Source: an uncultured delta proteobacterium
GTDB lineage: Bacteria; Desulfobacterota; Binatia; UBA9968
Length of the DNA: 64,000 nt
Reading direction: 5' to 3'
Assembly (NCBI GenBank): GCA_963745835.1
Contig: CAVUZH010000014.1
Span: 64,001 to 128,000 of the forward strand
Each line of letters opens with the position of its first letter. Within the stretch, counting starts at the first letter, position 1. This document shows, in pieces, positions 1 to 10,584 of the stretch. The notes under the pieces were generated by a model. That model searched no databases. It had not been told where the DNA came from and saw only the letters and a list, made by a program, of their open reading frames with translations. The translations under genes were made by a program, and so were the position numbers.

Positions 1-177
1 TCAAGTTTTCTGAGTTTTACTGCTGTTCGATAGCGGTTGTCTACAGGGTTCTTTGCCCGGCAATTTTGTTGGGATTTTACCGGTGTCGTACTGATTCGTC
101 GCCCGAGGAACCCAAAAGTAGACGCCGCAGCGCTTCCTCAACATCAAACGACCGCCAAAGTACACCGGATTTTACTG

Positions 178-192
178 TGGCATTTTCCTTGC
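178..192 (+). promoter_or_regulatory. Sigma-54 (-24/-12) promoter motif
   Basis: TGGCATTTTCCTTGC fits TGGCA-N6-TTGC (GG-N10-GC); upstream of the 535..1110 gene. Confidence 0.6.
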
Positions 193-534
193 GCTTAGAG
201 CTTGTGGGGTAACTCCGATGTCACGGTGGGCAATCAGCTCGGAATCGATCCATGGCACAATCAGATTCGCTATGCTGGGTGGAACTGCTGTTGACTTCGG
301 TACGGCACACGTAATCCACCGCTCCGTCATTCATCCGGCTCACCGCTCATCGGAGTTACCAAGCCAAATCGGCGCGGAGCGTATGAGCATGCTTTCAACC
401 TCAAAACTATTGTTCGGATCACCAACCAATCCGCCATTATCCGTAGACGGACGTCGCCGTGCAGAACCAAACTTGGCCGAATGTTCTCTAGAGAATAGTC
501 AGAGTATGCGGCTTTATCTCTGAAGGAGGTCTAG

Positions 535-1110
535 ATGAGACATTTGAAATTACTCTATGCCGGTCTGCTCACAGCTCTTCTCGCCGCTCCCGTTCTGGTT
601 TCTGCACAGCCGTACGAAAAAGGTGGACCCGACAGGCGTGAGGCCAACCTTCTCGGCAAATGGTACTCAAACGGCGAGCGCGATAAGCCTGTGGAGATCC
701 GCACCTCGCGCCGGGGCCTTCAAGCTAGAAACGAACATGGCGCAACCAGTCGTTTGGAAACGCGCGGCAACAATGTCCGGGCTTTGGACTGGGAGGGCGG
801 ACTGCGCGGGCATATCAGACGGGATACCATCGAATGGGCTAATGGGTCGACGTGGACGCGCGATCCGTCTCATCGCCGCGATCTAACCGGGACCTGGTAT
901 TTCAATGGCGCGCGCGACAAACGGGTTGAAATTGTGTCGTCCCGCGACGGTCTTCAAGCGAGAAACGAACGCGGTCAAACGAGCCGAATTCAAACAGTCC
1001 GTGATGGCGATATTCGCGCTCTCGATTGGGAAGGTGGATTGAGAGGCGATGTCAAGCGCGACCGGATCGAATGGCAGAATGGCACAACTTGGACTCGGTC
1101 ACCGCATTAG
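535..1110 (+). CDS. Secreted protein made of two tandem ~75-aa Trp-rich repeats, function unknown
   Basis: AAGGAGG RBS; signal peptide ending VSA-Q; aa 38-111 and 116-190 share GxWYxNG, GLQARNExG, RALDWEGGLRG and IEWxNGxTWTR. Confidence 0.85.
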   Translation: MRHLKLLYAGLLTALLAAPVLVSAQPYEKGGPDRREANLLGKWYSNGERDKPVEIRTSRRGLQARNEHGATSRLETRGNNVRALDWEGGLRGHIRRDTIEWANGSTWTRDPSHRRDLTGTWYFNGARDKRVEIVSSRDGLQARNERGQTSRIQTVRDGDIRALDWEGGLRGDVKRDRIEWQNGTTWTRSPH

Positions 1111-1242
1111 TAGTCAAATTGCTACTCGGGAAAACATCAGGACGGCGACGTGGAAAAAAAATCTACATCAACCTTGCAGCCTCCCGCCATCTCAGCCAGT
1201 TGATCTGAATCCTTTGCCTGCAATACATTGGATTGGCATTTG

Positions 1243-4200
1243 TTACACTCGCATTAGCAACGCCGCAACTGGCGCACCATTGGCCGCGTTGATCGCGGCT
1301 GCGTACATCCCCGCTTGCCGCCGATAGGCGGGTTCATCCCCACGAAACTCTTCGTCAGTCTTATAATCGATCACTGTCCAGCCGCCGGCATGCTCAAAGG
1401 CAAGATCGATTACACCTTCAATGAGCAAGCCGTCAGGATCGCGCCAGGCGATCGGCACTTCACGGCGACAACGGCCTTGTTGAGCAGCTTGGCGCGCATC
1501 CTCGAAGACTCGATGCGCCAGCGCAACCCGCACACTCTCACTGGCAGCATCGACTTCGTCCTGCGGGGCACCGAGAATGCGGCCGTGAATGGTTGCGAGA
1601 CGTTGAATGATGTTCACATCAGCATCCAGCGGGACGCTCGCAAGAACGGCGTGTACCAGGGTGCCGAAACGTCGTCCCGACGGCCGGTTGGCTGGGCGCG
1701 GCAGCTCGATAATTTCTACATGCGGCAGCTTCAAGTCGGGCGCTGATTCGTCGCCGCTCTTCGCCGCCTGGGTGACAGTCCTCGGTGCCACCGAGGTATA
1801 ACTGCCGGCGGCAATGGCTTGCTGGCGCCGCTCGCGCCAAGAAGTGTAAGCGGCAAGGCCTGAGTCGACGATCGCCGGCGCGACGTCTTTTACGATCAGC
1901 TCCGGCCGGCGAAGACCGAGCGGCGCCTCAGCGCCAAGCTTCAGCGCGCGTGGATCCCACCAGACCACCGAAAACTCGCTTATCTGTGAAGGGCCTCCTC
2001 CCCTACAAACGTGCAGGCCAGGACACACCGTGCTCGCGCTAGCCGCGCTGCCGCCGGGCCGGACCCATACGGAATCTTTGGATTGGAACTCCACACATCC
2101 GGGCGCTTGAACCTGCTGACGCCGCGCCTCCTTCCCAGGATAGACCGCTGTATTGAGCGGCTGGATCCAGCCTTCTCTCTCCTCATCGCCAACCGCCGGA
2201 ATCACCAGAAGATCCCGCGCGCGAGTTGCCGCTACGTACGCCACGCGGATACCCTCCGCTTCATCGCACAGCAATTCATCGTCTTCGTGATCGAGCAAAT
2301 CGGCCGGCGCGCACCCGCCGAGTCGGATCGCGCACACGTTGCGCTCGGAATCGAGATAGCGGCTAGCGGCGGACGCGCGCAGCTTCGCAGTCATGTCGGC
2401 GAGGATCACGACCGGGAATTCCAGCCCTTTGGCTTTATGCACCGTCATCAATCGCACGCCGTCGCTGCCCTCCTCAAGGATCGGAGCTTCCCCGGCTTGG
2501 CCGCTTTCGGCCTGCTCGCGTAGCGCCTCGATGAAGCCGCGAAACGAGATGCCCCCTTCGGCCTCATAGCGGCGTGCCAAGTCGATGACGTGCGCAACAT
2601 TCGCAAGCACCTGTTCACCGCCGTGCTCCAGCGCAAAGCCGACGTGCGCCCGCGTGGCCTCGAGCAGCGAGGCAATCGTTGTCGCCACTGACACCCGATT
2701 GCGACGGCGATGGAGCGTTTGCAATAATTTGAGACCCTCGACGATAACGGCAAGATTTGCCGGAAACTCAGTCGGGATGCGAAATGGATGGAAACGGCCG
2801 ATGCGATGGCGGTATTCCAGCAATTCCTCGTCGCTGATCGCAAACAGCGAACCGCGCAAAGTTGCAAATACCGATAACTCATCTTCAGGCCACTCGATGG
2901 CAGCCAGCGCGGCGCGCAAGGTCTCGATCTCCGCGCGATTGTGAAATGACCGGCCGCCGACCAGCAGATGGGCAATCCCGCGCGCTTCGAGAGCTTCCAC
3001 GTAAGGGCGCGTCATGTCCTCGCCAAAGCTGGTGAAGCGGCGAAACAGCAGGCAGATATGGCGCGGCTGGATCGGCACGAGATGCTCGATCTCGCCGGGC
3101 CGAAAACCCCGCGCCGCAGTTGGCGCCAGAGACGATTTCGCGGTGGCCGGCCGTTCGGCAACTTTCCAGCCGCTGTCGTTAATCAGCCAATCGATAAAAC
3201 CGCCAACCGCATCCGGAAGCGACTTTTCAATTGCCGCATTGGAAAGTCTCCGATAGCCGTACGGCTCAGGCACGGGAAGCACGACCATGGACGGCTGTTC
3301 TTGGGATTCCGGACGAAACGGCTCGAGCGGCACATAAGCCGGCTGCAGCACGTCGCCGTCGCCGGTCATCACCGGCTCGAAGGCGGCGTTGATGGCGCGC
3401 TGCATATTCGGACGCGCGCGAAAACTGGTCCGCAACGTCACCCTTCTGGCGCCCGCCGCCTGAAGCATCTCGTAAACGCTGCGATAAATCCCGACATCGG
3501 CGCGGCGGAAGCGATAGATCGACTGCTTCGGGTCACCGACTAGAAAGAGCTTGCCGACAACCGGGCGAGTTACACGCCAGTTGGTCGCAGCCGGATCATC
3601 GGCAGCCAGAAGCAAAAGGATCTCAGCCTGCAGCGGATCGGTATCCTGGAACTCATCCACAAAGATGCGCTTGAAGCGCAGTTGAAAGGTGGAACGCACC
3701 TCCGCGTTATCCCGGATGAGATCTCGCGCCTTGAGCAGGAGATCGAGAAAGTCCAGGGCGCCGGCCTTGGCTTTTGCGGCTTCATAGGCACTAACGCAGC
3801 CACGCAGTTCGTCGCGCAGTGCGGCGGCAAGATCGGCATCGGCATCCTCTTTGAACTCGGTCAGAGCCTGATACAGGTTTTCAAGCCCGCGGCAAACATT
3901 CTCGCGCAGGACTCCGATGCGGTAGTTTTTACCGCTCCCTTTTCGCGCATCCTTAAAGTTACGATTGCGGCTAAGCTCGATAAGGCCGGCTTCGAGCCGG
4001 TCGTAATCCCGCGGCGCCACTGATTCGGTTCGCCGGATCTCTTCTGCGAGTTTCCTCGCCGCCCAAGTGTCGGCGTACAGTGCGTCTCGGGCATCGCCGG
4101 GGGGTTCGAGCAATTCGGTGAACCCATCTAAGAGCTGAACCAGTTCGTCGATGCGCGATAAGCGGTCCAACGTTGGTCGCTGCCAGTCGCCCTCGAAATC

Positions 4201-4791
4201 ACGCCATTGGATCAGCTCCCAGCCTGCCCGCCGCAGCCTATCGATGGGACCGTCACCACCGTCGGTCTGAATCCCGAAACCGGCGAACACCGCGCGCCGT
4301 AGCGAGCGCTTGACACCTTCCGATGGATTAGCGAGCTGAGTCTCGATCCACCGGTAAAATCCTTCATCATACATGCTCGCCGCCTGCGTCTCGGTGAGTA
4401 CTCTAAATAACGGATCGATCCGCGCTTCGATCGGACGCTCTCTCAAAAGATCCGCGCAGAATCCGTGAATGGTGCTGATTTGCGCTTCCTCGAGCCTCCC
4501 GACCGCCGCGTCGAGCCGGCGGCGCTCTGCGGAACCGTTGGCGGATCCTCGTCTTGCCTCTTCGAGAGCTTCGCGCAGGCGCAGCTTGAGCTCGCCGGCG
4601 GCCTTTTCCGTGAAAGTAACGGCGACGATCCCGGTCACTTCGGCGCGGCCCGTTTCGATGACGCGCACAATGCGCCGCACCAGCTCGGTGGTTTTGCCGG
4701 TGCCGGCGGCGGCCTCGACGATCAAGGTATCGTCCAGCGCTGTAGCAATCTGATCGCGATCGGCTTGATCAGCGAGACCCGGCAGCGTCAT
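1243..4791 (-). CDS. addA: AddA-type UvrD helicase/nuclease
   Basis: Walker A AAAGTGKT, VDEFQDTD, GDPKQSIYRFR, MTVHKAKGLEF, C-terminal PD-(D/E)xK (IDYKT); start placed at the ATGA overlap with the addB stop. Confidence 0.92.
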   Translation of the reverse strand: MTLPGLADQADRDQIATALDDTLIVEAAAGTGKTTELVRRIVRVIETGRAEVTGIVAVTFTEKAAGELKLRLREALEEARRGSANGSAERRRLDAAVGRLEEAQISTIHGFCADLLRERPIEARIDPLFRVLTETQAASMYDEGFYRWIETQLANPSEGVKRSLRRAVFAGFGIQTDGGDGPIDRLRRAGWELIQWRDFEGDWQRPTLDRLSRIDELVQLLDGFTELLEPPGDARDALYADTWAARKLAEEIRRTESVAPRDYDRLEAGLIELSRNRNFKDARKGSGKNYRIGVLRENVCRGLENLYQALTEFKEDADADLAAALRDELRGCVSAYEAAKAKAGALDFLDLLLKARDLIRDNAEVRSTFQLRFKRIFVDEFQDTDPLQAEILLLLAADDPAATNWRVTRPVVGKLFLVGDPKQSIYRFRRADVGIYRSVYEMLQAAGARRVTLRTSFRARPNMQRAINAAFEPVMTGDGDVLQPAYVPLEPFRPESQEQPSMVVLPVPEPYGYRRLSNAAIEKSLPDAVGGFIDWLINDSGWKVAERPATAKSSLAPTAARGFRPGEIEHLVPIQPRHICLLFRRFTSFGEDMTRPYVEALEARGIAHLLVGGRSFHNRAEIETLRAALAAIEWPEDELSVFATLRGSLFAISDEELLEYRHRIGRFHPFRIPTEFPANLAVIVEGLKLLQTLHRRRNRVSVATTIASLLEATRAHVGFALEHGGEQVLANVAHVIDLARRYEAEGGISFRGFIEALREQAESGQAGEAPILEEGSDGVRLMTVHKAKGLEFPVVILADMTAKLRASAASRYLDSERNVCAIRLGGCAPADLLDHEDDELLCDEAEGIRVAYVAATRARDLLVIPAVGDEEREGWIQPLNTAVYPGKEARRQQVQAPGCVEFQSKDSVWVRPGGSAASASTVCPGLHVCRGGGPSQISEFSVVWWDPRALKLGAEAPLGLRRPELIVKDVAPAIVDSGLAAYTSWRERRQQAIAAGSYTSVAPRTVTQAAKSGDESAPDLKLPHVEIIELPRPANRPSGRRFGTLVHAVLASVPLDADVNIIQRLATIHGRILGAPQDEVDAASESVRVALAHRVFEDARQAAQQGRCRREVPIAWRDPDGLLIEGVIDLAFEHAGGWTVIDYKTDEEFRGDEPAYRRQAGMYAAAINAANGAPVAALLMRV

Positions 4792-7700
4792 TGTCGCCCC
4801 CTCAGCTCGATCAGATCGGCGATCTCCTTGCGCGATTTCCTCCGCGAGCGGCGCTCCTGGTTCGGACCGCATACGGATAGGAAGTCGCAATAGGCGCATG
4901 CCTTCTCGGCCGGCGCCGGCGGCAACATGCCAAGCTCGACGGCTCGGTCGATGATCTCCAGCGCTTCAATGCCGATCCTTCGAGTCCGCTCATTGATGGC
5001 GACACTATGTTCAGTAAATCCGCCCGCAGTCGTGCAGTATGAGAAGCGCGCGCTTTCCACGGTGAAACCGGTTGCGGCCTCAACTGCGAGGCTATAGATC
5101 ACCGGCTGAAGTTGCCGCCCTTGGCCGATGATCGCGCCGCGGTCGGAGCGGTTCTTCGATGTCTTGTGATCGGTTACTCTAAGAAGATTCGTCCCGGGCT
5201 TTCGCTCGATCAAATCAATTGCCCCGCGCAGGATAAATCGCCCGTCAATTATAACCGGCTCGCGCCGACTGTTTGGATCACGCTCGGGCGCATCAGGCAG
5301 GCCGAAGCCAAATTCGAATAGCCAGGGCTCCCAGCCGGTGTTGTGCGCGAGATCGCGAGCCCAGATATGCAGATCGGTGCGGATGCTTGCAATCTCGTCC
5401 TGCCATACGCGGTCCACCGCCGGCGCGAGCCGCTCTGCATAGTTTGCCGCAACCCGTGTGAGAGTCGCGTCCAGGACTTCGAGCACCGCATCCATCGAGG
5501 TCGTTGCCATTGCCATTTGCCGCTGCTGTAAGGCGCGAAAGAATTCAGCCAGCACCTCGTGAAACAAGCTCCCCTTCGTGAGCGGATCCATGCGCTCGAG
5601 CGGCTCTGGCTCCTCGACTGGTTTGAAGCGGTACATCGCCGATAACAGGAATCGATAAGGACAGTACGCGTAATTCTGCAGCGCCGAGACGGAGTACGGG
5701 CGCGCCGTCAACCGTTGCGACTGGAGAAACGGCTTGGTGGCGTCCGTGACCCGGACGAGACCATCATAGGAGGACCATGGCTGCCGTGCGCGCGCCCAAC
5801 GCTCGCTGGCCGAGCGCCGAACACAGTCGTTGAGGCGGAGCATGTAATGGGCATGACCTTTCATATCCTTTTCGCTGCGCATCAATAGGCGCAGCACCGA
5901 GAGATCATGCTCGAAATCGTCAATGGCGTCTTCCGGACGCTGCGGCGCCGGCCATCCGAGGCTCGCGTTGGCTTCTTCTGAAGCTTCAGATTCGAGCGTC
6001 TGATGGTCCGGGATGCGTCCGGTCACGGCGCGCATAACTTCGAGCGCGTAAAACGACGGCACCCGCGCGCGAGCATCGACCGTTTCGATGCGCGGGAACG
6101 AGACATACAAGCGTTCGGCCGCGGCGCCGGCGGCGAGACGCAGCAAGAGCCGTTCATGCTCGGCCCGATCCTCTTGCAGGGCTAGCGCGCCGCCGATTTC
6201 ATGTCGAAGGTCGTCCAGCAGCAGTGGATCTTCGTGAAGCTTTTGAGGAAAAAGCCGCTCGGCCAATCCCGGCACAAACGCCACCCGAAAGGCGCGGCCG
6301 CGCACCTGATCGGCGCTGCAAACGAATACCCGGCCGTAACGATGCGCGGGCGGTTCCAATTCCAGCGTTGCCAGCCGATCCGCCAGCACCGCGCGCACCT
6401 CGGCCAGGGTCACCGGACCCACTGCAGCCATCGGGCGTAGATCGGCTAACACGCGCAACACGAATTCGGCGCGCCGCAGCACCTGCGGCGCAAATTCTTC
6501 AAGGCGCTGAATCCAATCGCCCCACGCGGCCTGTTGCGGCCAGGCAGACATGGTTTCGATGAGCGGCAGGGCAAAGTTCCGCAGATGCGCAAGGTTCTGT
6601 CGCTCGCGTTCCAGGTGAGCAATACGTGGTGAGTCTGGTTGCTCGGATGTCAGCTCGCGAATTTTCACTTCGTATTCCGCAGCCAGGCCGTTTAGCCGCC
6701 GCGCCCAGCGGTCACTGCCACCGATGACAGCCGATTCAACGAGAAGACTTTCCCACTTCCAAGGCGCTCTGAGCGTCCCGGCCATAACGGCGTGATCGTC
6801 ATTGGAGCTGCCGGCCGTCAGCGAGTCCTCATCGTCTTCGATGTCGCCATGGTCGGCTTGATCGAATGCAGCTTCGGAAAGGATTCCGAAGACGTCATCG
6901 CGAGAGGCCACCCACGTCGAATCACCGGATCGCACCGGAACCTTGCCGAAATCGTCCAGCGATGGCACTTGAGCCAACGAAAGATACTCGGCAAAGCGTT
7001 TGGCTGAGAAATTATCGGTTGCACAACTGAGAATCGCGAGTAAGGCCCGCCCTGCGGGGTCGGGACGTCGCGTGCCACGCTCGAAATACGCGGGAATCCC
7101 GGCCCGGGTGAGAGCATGCTCCAGTAGTCCGGTGTACTGCTGCGCCGGGCGAATGACGATTGCCATCTCATCGAAGCGTACACCGCAATCGGCTTCTTTC
7201 AGAATACGGCGCGCTATCTCCACACATTCGCGGCCTTCGCCGGGCGCGGAAAACCACACCAGTTCACCGGAACGGGCTCGTTCTGGCGGTGGATCTTTGG
7301 AAAAAAGATAACGCGCAAGTTGGGTCAGATCGCTCTCCCCGGCTTCCGCCATATTCTGGAGCCGGGCGCCGCGTTTCTCCAGTTGACTGACGGCAGACAC
7401 GTCCCCCATCGGGACGGTAATCATCACGCGTGGCGATTGCTGGATTAGAGCCCAGAGAAACCGAGCTTCGATTTCAGATTGGAACGGAACATCGAGCAGC
7501 AGCAGCGGCATCGGCGGCCAGCCAATCACAGGCGAGCCCACCGCCACGGTCGCGACCTCGAACAATGCGGCCCGGTCACTGGCCCCAGCCTCGTTCAGAA
7601 GGTCTTCGACTCGATCCAGCAAGGCGGCTAAATCAGTTCCGCTGCGTGGCAGCCGGACCAGATCACCGCCGTCTACAGAAGCAAGTCTTAAATCGAGCAG

Positions 7701-8132
7701 GGTACGCGCCAGCGCCTTGGGAAAACCCGGCGTGTGGGAGACGGGCGAGAAATATTCCAACGCGTCGTCGTTGCCGGCCTCGAACGCGGCCCGGGTCGCA
7801 ACCGCTACGTGCCCCAGAGGAGTCGTGGGAGCCCGCCCGCGAGAAGCAAGTTCTAGGGCAGCCAGCCGGGCCGCGAACTGGGTGAAAGAGAGTCGATGCA
7901 ATCCAAATGTGGCGCCTCTCTCGTTCGCAATCGCGCGCGCGAGATCGTCGACCGAACCGCGGGATGCGCCGAGGAGAAGCACCTCTGAGCCGGCTTCGAA
8001 CTGGTCCAGAAACCGGCGCGCCTCGCGCAAACGAACGGCTGCCGAACCTGACTGCACGGCGATAATACTATCTCGAACCGAGGCTGATTCTGGCATTCCG
8101 TGGGTCTCCGAAGCTTGCCGCAAAAACACCAT
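4788..8132 (-). CDS. addB: AddB-type subunit with PD-(D/E)xK nuclease and Fe-S cysteines
   Basis: Degenerate helicase N-terminus; YAYCPYRF ... GAIDLIE ... DHKT ... CAYCDFLSVC; coupled to addA; start may be 8096. Confidence 0.88.
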   Translation of the reverse strand: MVFLRQASETHGMPESASVRDSIIAVQSGSAAVRLREARRFLDQFEAGSEVLLLGASRGSVDDLARAIANERGATFGLHRLSFTQFAARLAALELASRGRAPTTPLGHVAVATRAAFEAGNDDALEYFSPVSHTPGFPKALARTLLDLRLASVDGGDLVRLPRSGTDLAALLDRVEDLLNEAGASDRAALFEVATVAVGSPVIGWPPMPLLLLDVPFQSEIEARFLWALIQQSPRVMITVPMGDVSAVSQLEKRGARLQNMAEAGESDLTQLARYLFSKDPPPERARSGELVWFSAPGEGRECVEIARRILKEADCGVRFDEMAIVIRPAQQYTGLLEHALTRAGIPAYFERGTRRPDPAGRALLAILSCATDNFSAKRFAEYLSLAQVPSLDDFGKVPVRSGDSTWVASRDDVFGILSEAAFDQADHGDIEDDEDSLTAGSSNDDHAVMAGTLRAPWKWESLLVESAVIGGSDRWARRLNGLAAEYEVKIRELTSEQPDSPRIAHLERERQNLAHLRNFALPLIETMSAWPQQAAWGDWIQRLEEFAPQVLRRAEFVLRVLADLRPMAAVGPVTLAEVRAVLADRLATLELEPPAHRYGRVFVCSADQVRGRAFRVAFVPGLAERLFPQKLHEDPLLLDDLRHEIGGALALQEDRAEHERLLLRLAAGAAAERLYVSFPRIETVDARARVPSFYALEVMRAVTGRIPDHQTLESEASEEANASLGWPAPQRPEDAIDDFEHDLSVLRLLMRSEKDMKGHAHYMLRLNDCVRRSASERWARARQPWSSYDGLVRVTDATKPFLQSQRLTARPYSVSALQNYAYCPYRFLLSAMYRFKPVEEPEPLERMDPLTKGSLFHEVLAEFFRALQQRQMAMATTSMDAVLEVLDATLTRVAANYAERLAPAVDRVWQDEIASIRTDLHIWARDLAHNTGWEPWLFEFGFGLPDAPERDPNSRREPVIIDGRFILRGAIDLIERKPGTNLLRVTDHKTSKNRSDRGAIIGQGRQLQPVIYSLAVEAATGFTVESARFSYCTTAGGFTEHSVAINERTRRIGIEALEIIDRAVELGMLPPAPAEKACAYCDFLSVCGPNQERRSRRKSRKEIADLIELRGRQ

Positions 8133-8386
8133 AACCTACCACAGTCGGTTCAATTGGTCACTTCGAAGTGAGCGGCCGCTGGCGGCTTTTGTCGTGCTAA
8201 CTGGAAAGAGAGAGTTCTAGCAATTGTTAAATGGATGCGCGCTTCGCTGGATCGATTGCTTTCTACGTGAACTGAGTGGACAGTGCCGTCAACTCAAAGC
8301 GGAGGCACGCCTATCTGAGATACATCCATGCATTGTATTAGCGTTGTTTTCCAAGCATTCGCATTGGTCGTCTCGGTTCCGAGTTC

Positions 8387-8401
8387 TGGTATTGAAATTG
8401 C
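8387..8401 (+). promoter_or_regulatory. Sigma-54 promoter motif
   Basis: TGGTATTGAAATTGC, GG-N10-GC, ~70 bp upstream of the 8471 ORF. Confidence 0.55.
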
Positions 8402-8470
8402 GGTTGGTTAGCAAAGACAAAACTCCACGTTGAGAGAAATCGCTCCAGTTGCGTTCGGGACGAGGAGAAA

Positions 8471-8746
8471 GTGAAAACGAAATACCAAAAGCGCCGCACT
8501 ACGTTGCTATCTGGCGGCTGCTTTCTAGCTCTCCTGCTAAGCGTTTTCCCGGTTATTTCCGCCGAGGATCAGCCAGCCGATAAAGCGGCTGTTGAACCCA
8601 AAGATATGGTCATGAGCAATGAACAGCCGATGGCACCAGACACCACGCGTGAAACCATTGGTCTGGTCGGACCCTCAGCAGAGGAAATCCACGACTTTCT
8701 TTATCCAGCCCCGGAGAATCGCAAACTTATAACATCAGCCAACTAG
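8471..8746 (+). CDS. Small secreted hypothetical protein
   Basis: GAGGAG RBS before GTG; basic n-region plus hydrophobic signal ending ISA-E; acidic mature part. Confidence 0.65.
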   Translation: MKTKYQKRRTTLLSGGCFLALLLSVFPVISAEDQPADKAAVEPKDMVMSNEQPMAPDTTRETIGLVGPSAEEIHDFLYPAPENRKLITSAN

Positions 8747-8767
8747 GATGCGCACGCCGCCAATCTG

Positions 8768-9772
8768 TCACGGCCATAGGGACTTGATGAAGCCCGTGCG
8801 CTCCAGCTCTTCCATGTAACTGGAATCGATGAATTCGCTGGCTTTGCGTTCTTTTGCTTTAGGCATCGTCTCAGCGAGTAATTTCAGCGCATTGTCGACG
8901 CTCTGCGTGCTGATCGTCGGGATCTTGCGCACGATTCTCGTGCTGAAAAGATCATAAGTGTAAGCCAGAGTTTCCTCATCGGCGATGCCGCCGTATTGCC
9001 GGAGAGCGCGTATGCTTAAAGCGCGATCGGTGAATAATTTCTTGTGTCCCTCGAGGTAGGCTCGTAAGAATCTCAGGACCGAGTCCCGGTTTTTTCTGCC
9101 ATATTCTCGGCTGATTGCCACAGTAGTCGTCGGTATTTCGCTACCGGATTCAGTAAAGTCGTAGAGCGTCTTGAGACCGGTTCTCTCGGCGTAGTACGAC
9201 GTGGGAAAGGAAAGCACGCCGGCGTCAACTTTCTTGAGCGCTATCGCCGTGGCAATATCGCGCTGGCTGCCGATCTGCAAAAGTGTCACGTCTTTTTTCG
9301 GATCCAATCCCCAGCTCACCAACAGCGGGCGCACGATCAGGTCGGTCAAAGAGCCGAAGCGTGTCACGGCGATAGATTTCCCCTTGAGGTCGGCTGGAGC
9401 GTTGATGCCGGAATGCGTGGTGAGCTTCATTAGATGCATGTCAATAGAATTTGCCAGCAGTATCAGATCCGCTCCGGAAACCGACGACTGCAAGGTAACC
9501 AAGCCGGATGTCGTCGTCACATCCAATTGACCGGCAACATGGACTTGCACCATCTGCACCCCTTGAACGTAAATCATCTCACCGTCTAGCCCATATTTTT
9601 CCAACAGCCTAGCTTCCTTGGTAACATAGATCGGATACATGCTGGCGCTATGCGACGGATAGCCGATCCGGAGCTTCTTAAGCGCGGTATCGGCCGCATC
9701 GAGCCTTGGCATGGCTAGTAGAAAATGACCGGCAGCGATGAATAGCGTCGCAATCATTTTGGGATTCAACAT
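8768..9772 (-). CDS. ABC solute-binding protein, NMT1/SsuA-like (orphan)
   Basis: Signal peptide; DLKGKSIAVTRFGSLTD; C-terminal FIDSSYMEELERTGFI. Confidence 0.88.
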   Translation of the reverse strand: MLNPKMIATLFIAAGHFLLAMPRLDAADTALKKLRIGYPSHSASMYPIYVTKEARLLEKYGLDGEMIYVQGVQMVQVHVAGQLDVTTTSGLVTLQSSVSGADLILLANSIDMHLMKLTTHSGINAPADLKGKSIAVTRFGSLTDLIVRPLLVSWGLDPKKDVTLLQIGSQRDIATAIALKKVDAGVLSFPTSYYAERTGLKTLYDFTESGSEIPTTTVAISREYGRKNRDSVLRFLRAYLEGHKKLFTDRALSIRALRQYGGIADEETLAYTYDLFSTRIVRKIPTISTQSVDNALKLLAETMPKAKERKASEFIDSSYMEELERTGFIKSLWP

Positions 9773-10319
9773 AATTCCCCTTCGTGAGCTTCACTGCTCG
9801 AATTCATCACAACCGATTGGAAGATTGGGATCAACAAAATCAGGGGCGTATAGAGCCATATGAAACGTTGATCGCGGGCGATGTACATTTGCGCTACTTC
9901 AATCAACGGGACCTGCTTTTGAAAACGTTCCATGCCTGTATTCTTCCAATACTCGACAATCTTCTCAGCCTCGGTCGCTTTGGAAACAATGTAAGGCTGT
10001 GCATGCCGGGTCGAGCGATTTTCGTCCGCTAGCAGTCGTTGTACCCGCTCAGCTGCTTGCGTGCTAGACAAACGAAAATCAAAACTCCGGTAATCGGCGC
10101 CACTAAAACTCCAAGGAAACCCGTGCGCGTCTTGGCTGCGTTTTAAACGCACCCATCGTGCCCGCGCGGGAGATTTAGATTTTTCTCTGATATCGACTTC
10201 ACGGGTGTCAACAGAAATGTAGCAGATCTGCAATTACACCGAATGAAATAGATACGTCAAGCTCCTCTAAAGCGACTCCGCGATACTCGGCTTGCGCAAA
10301 AGTTGGGGCTCTTCCCCCG

Positions 10320-10357
10320 ACAATGGAGCCCACTAGGCCGGGAGTGGGCTCCATTGT
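10320..10357. terminator. Perfect 15-bp hairpin, terminator-like
   Basis: ACAATGGAGCCCACT / AGTGGGCTCCATTGT with 8-nt loop, followed by TGTTCTCT. Confidence 0.55.
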
Positions 10358-10584
10358 TGTTCTCTCCGCATCATCTACGGCCGGGCGTCTCATAAACTAA
10401 AATTGACACGGTATCTGAGGTTCGGATAGTGTCTTCGCTACGAAGTCGGGCCGGCTCTTCTTCAACCTGATGATCCAACAAACGCCGCGTTCAGAGCAGA
10501 TCGGTCCTTGCGTAGCCGCACAAGCTTCGGCTGTTGGACCGTCGAAGCTCAAATAACGGGCTAAGCCGGCGGAGACAGCGAACG

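Noticed and set aside
218-523. 101-aa ORF after the sigma-54 motif
   Set aside because: No recognisable motif and only a weak RBS; may be leader sequence
1243-8132. Novel helicase-nuclease defence system
   Set aside because: Standard AddAB architecture and gene order
9766-10233. 155-aa minus-strand ORF upstream of the SBP
   Set aside because: TTG start, no motif, looks like intergenic sequence
10467-10473. CTGATGA hammerhead core
   Set aside because: No stem II followed by GAAA, and no cleavage-site geometry
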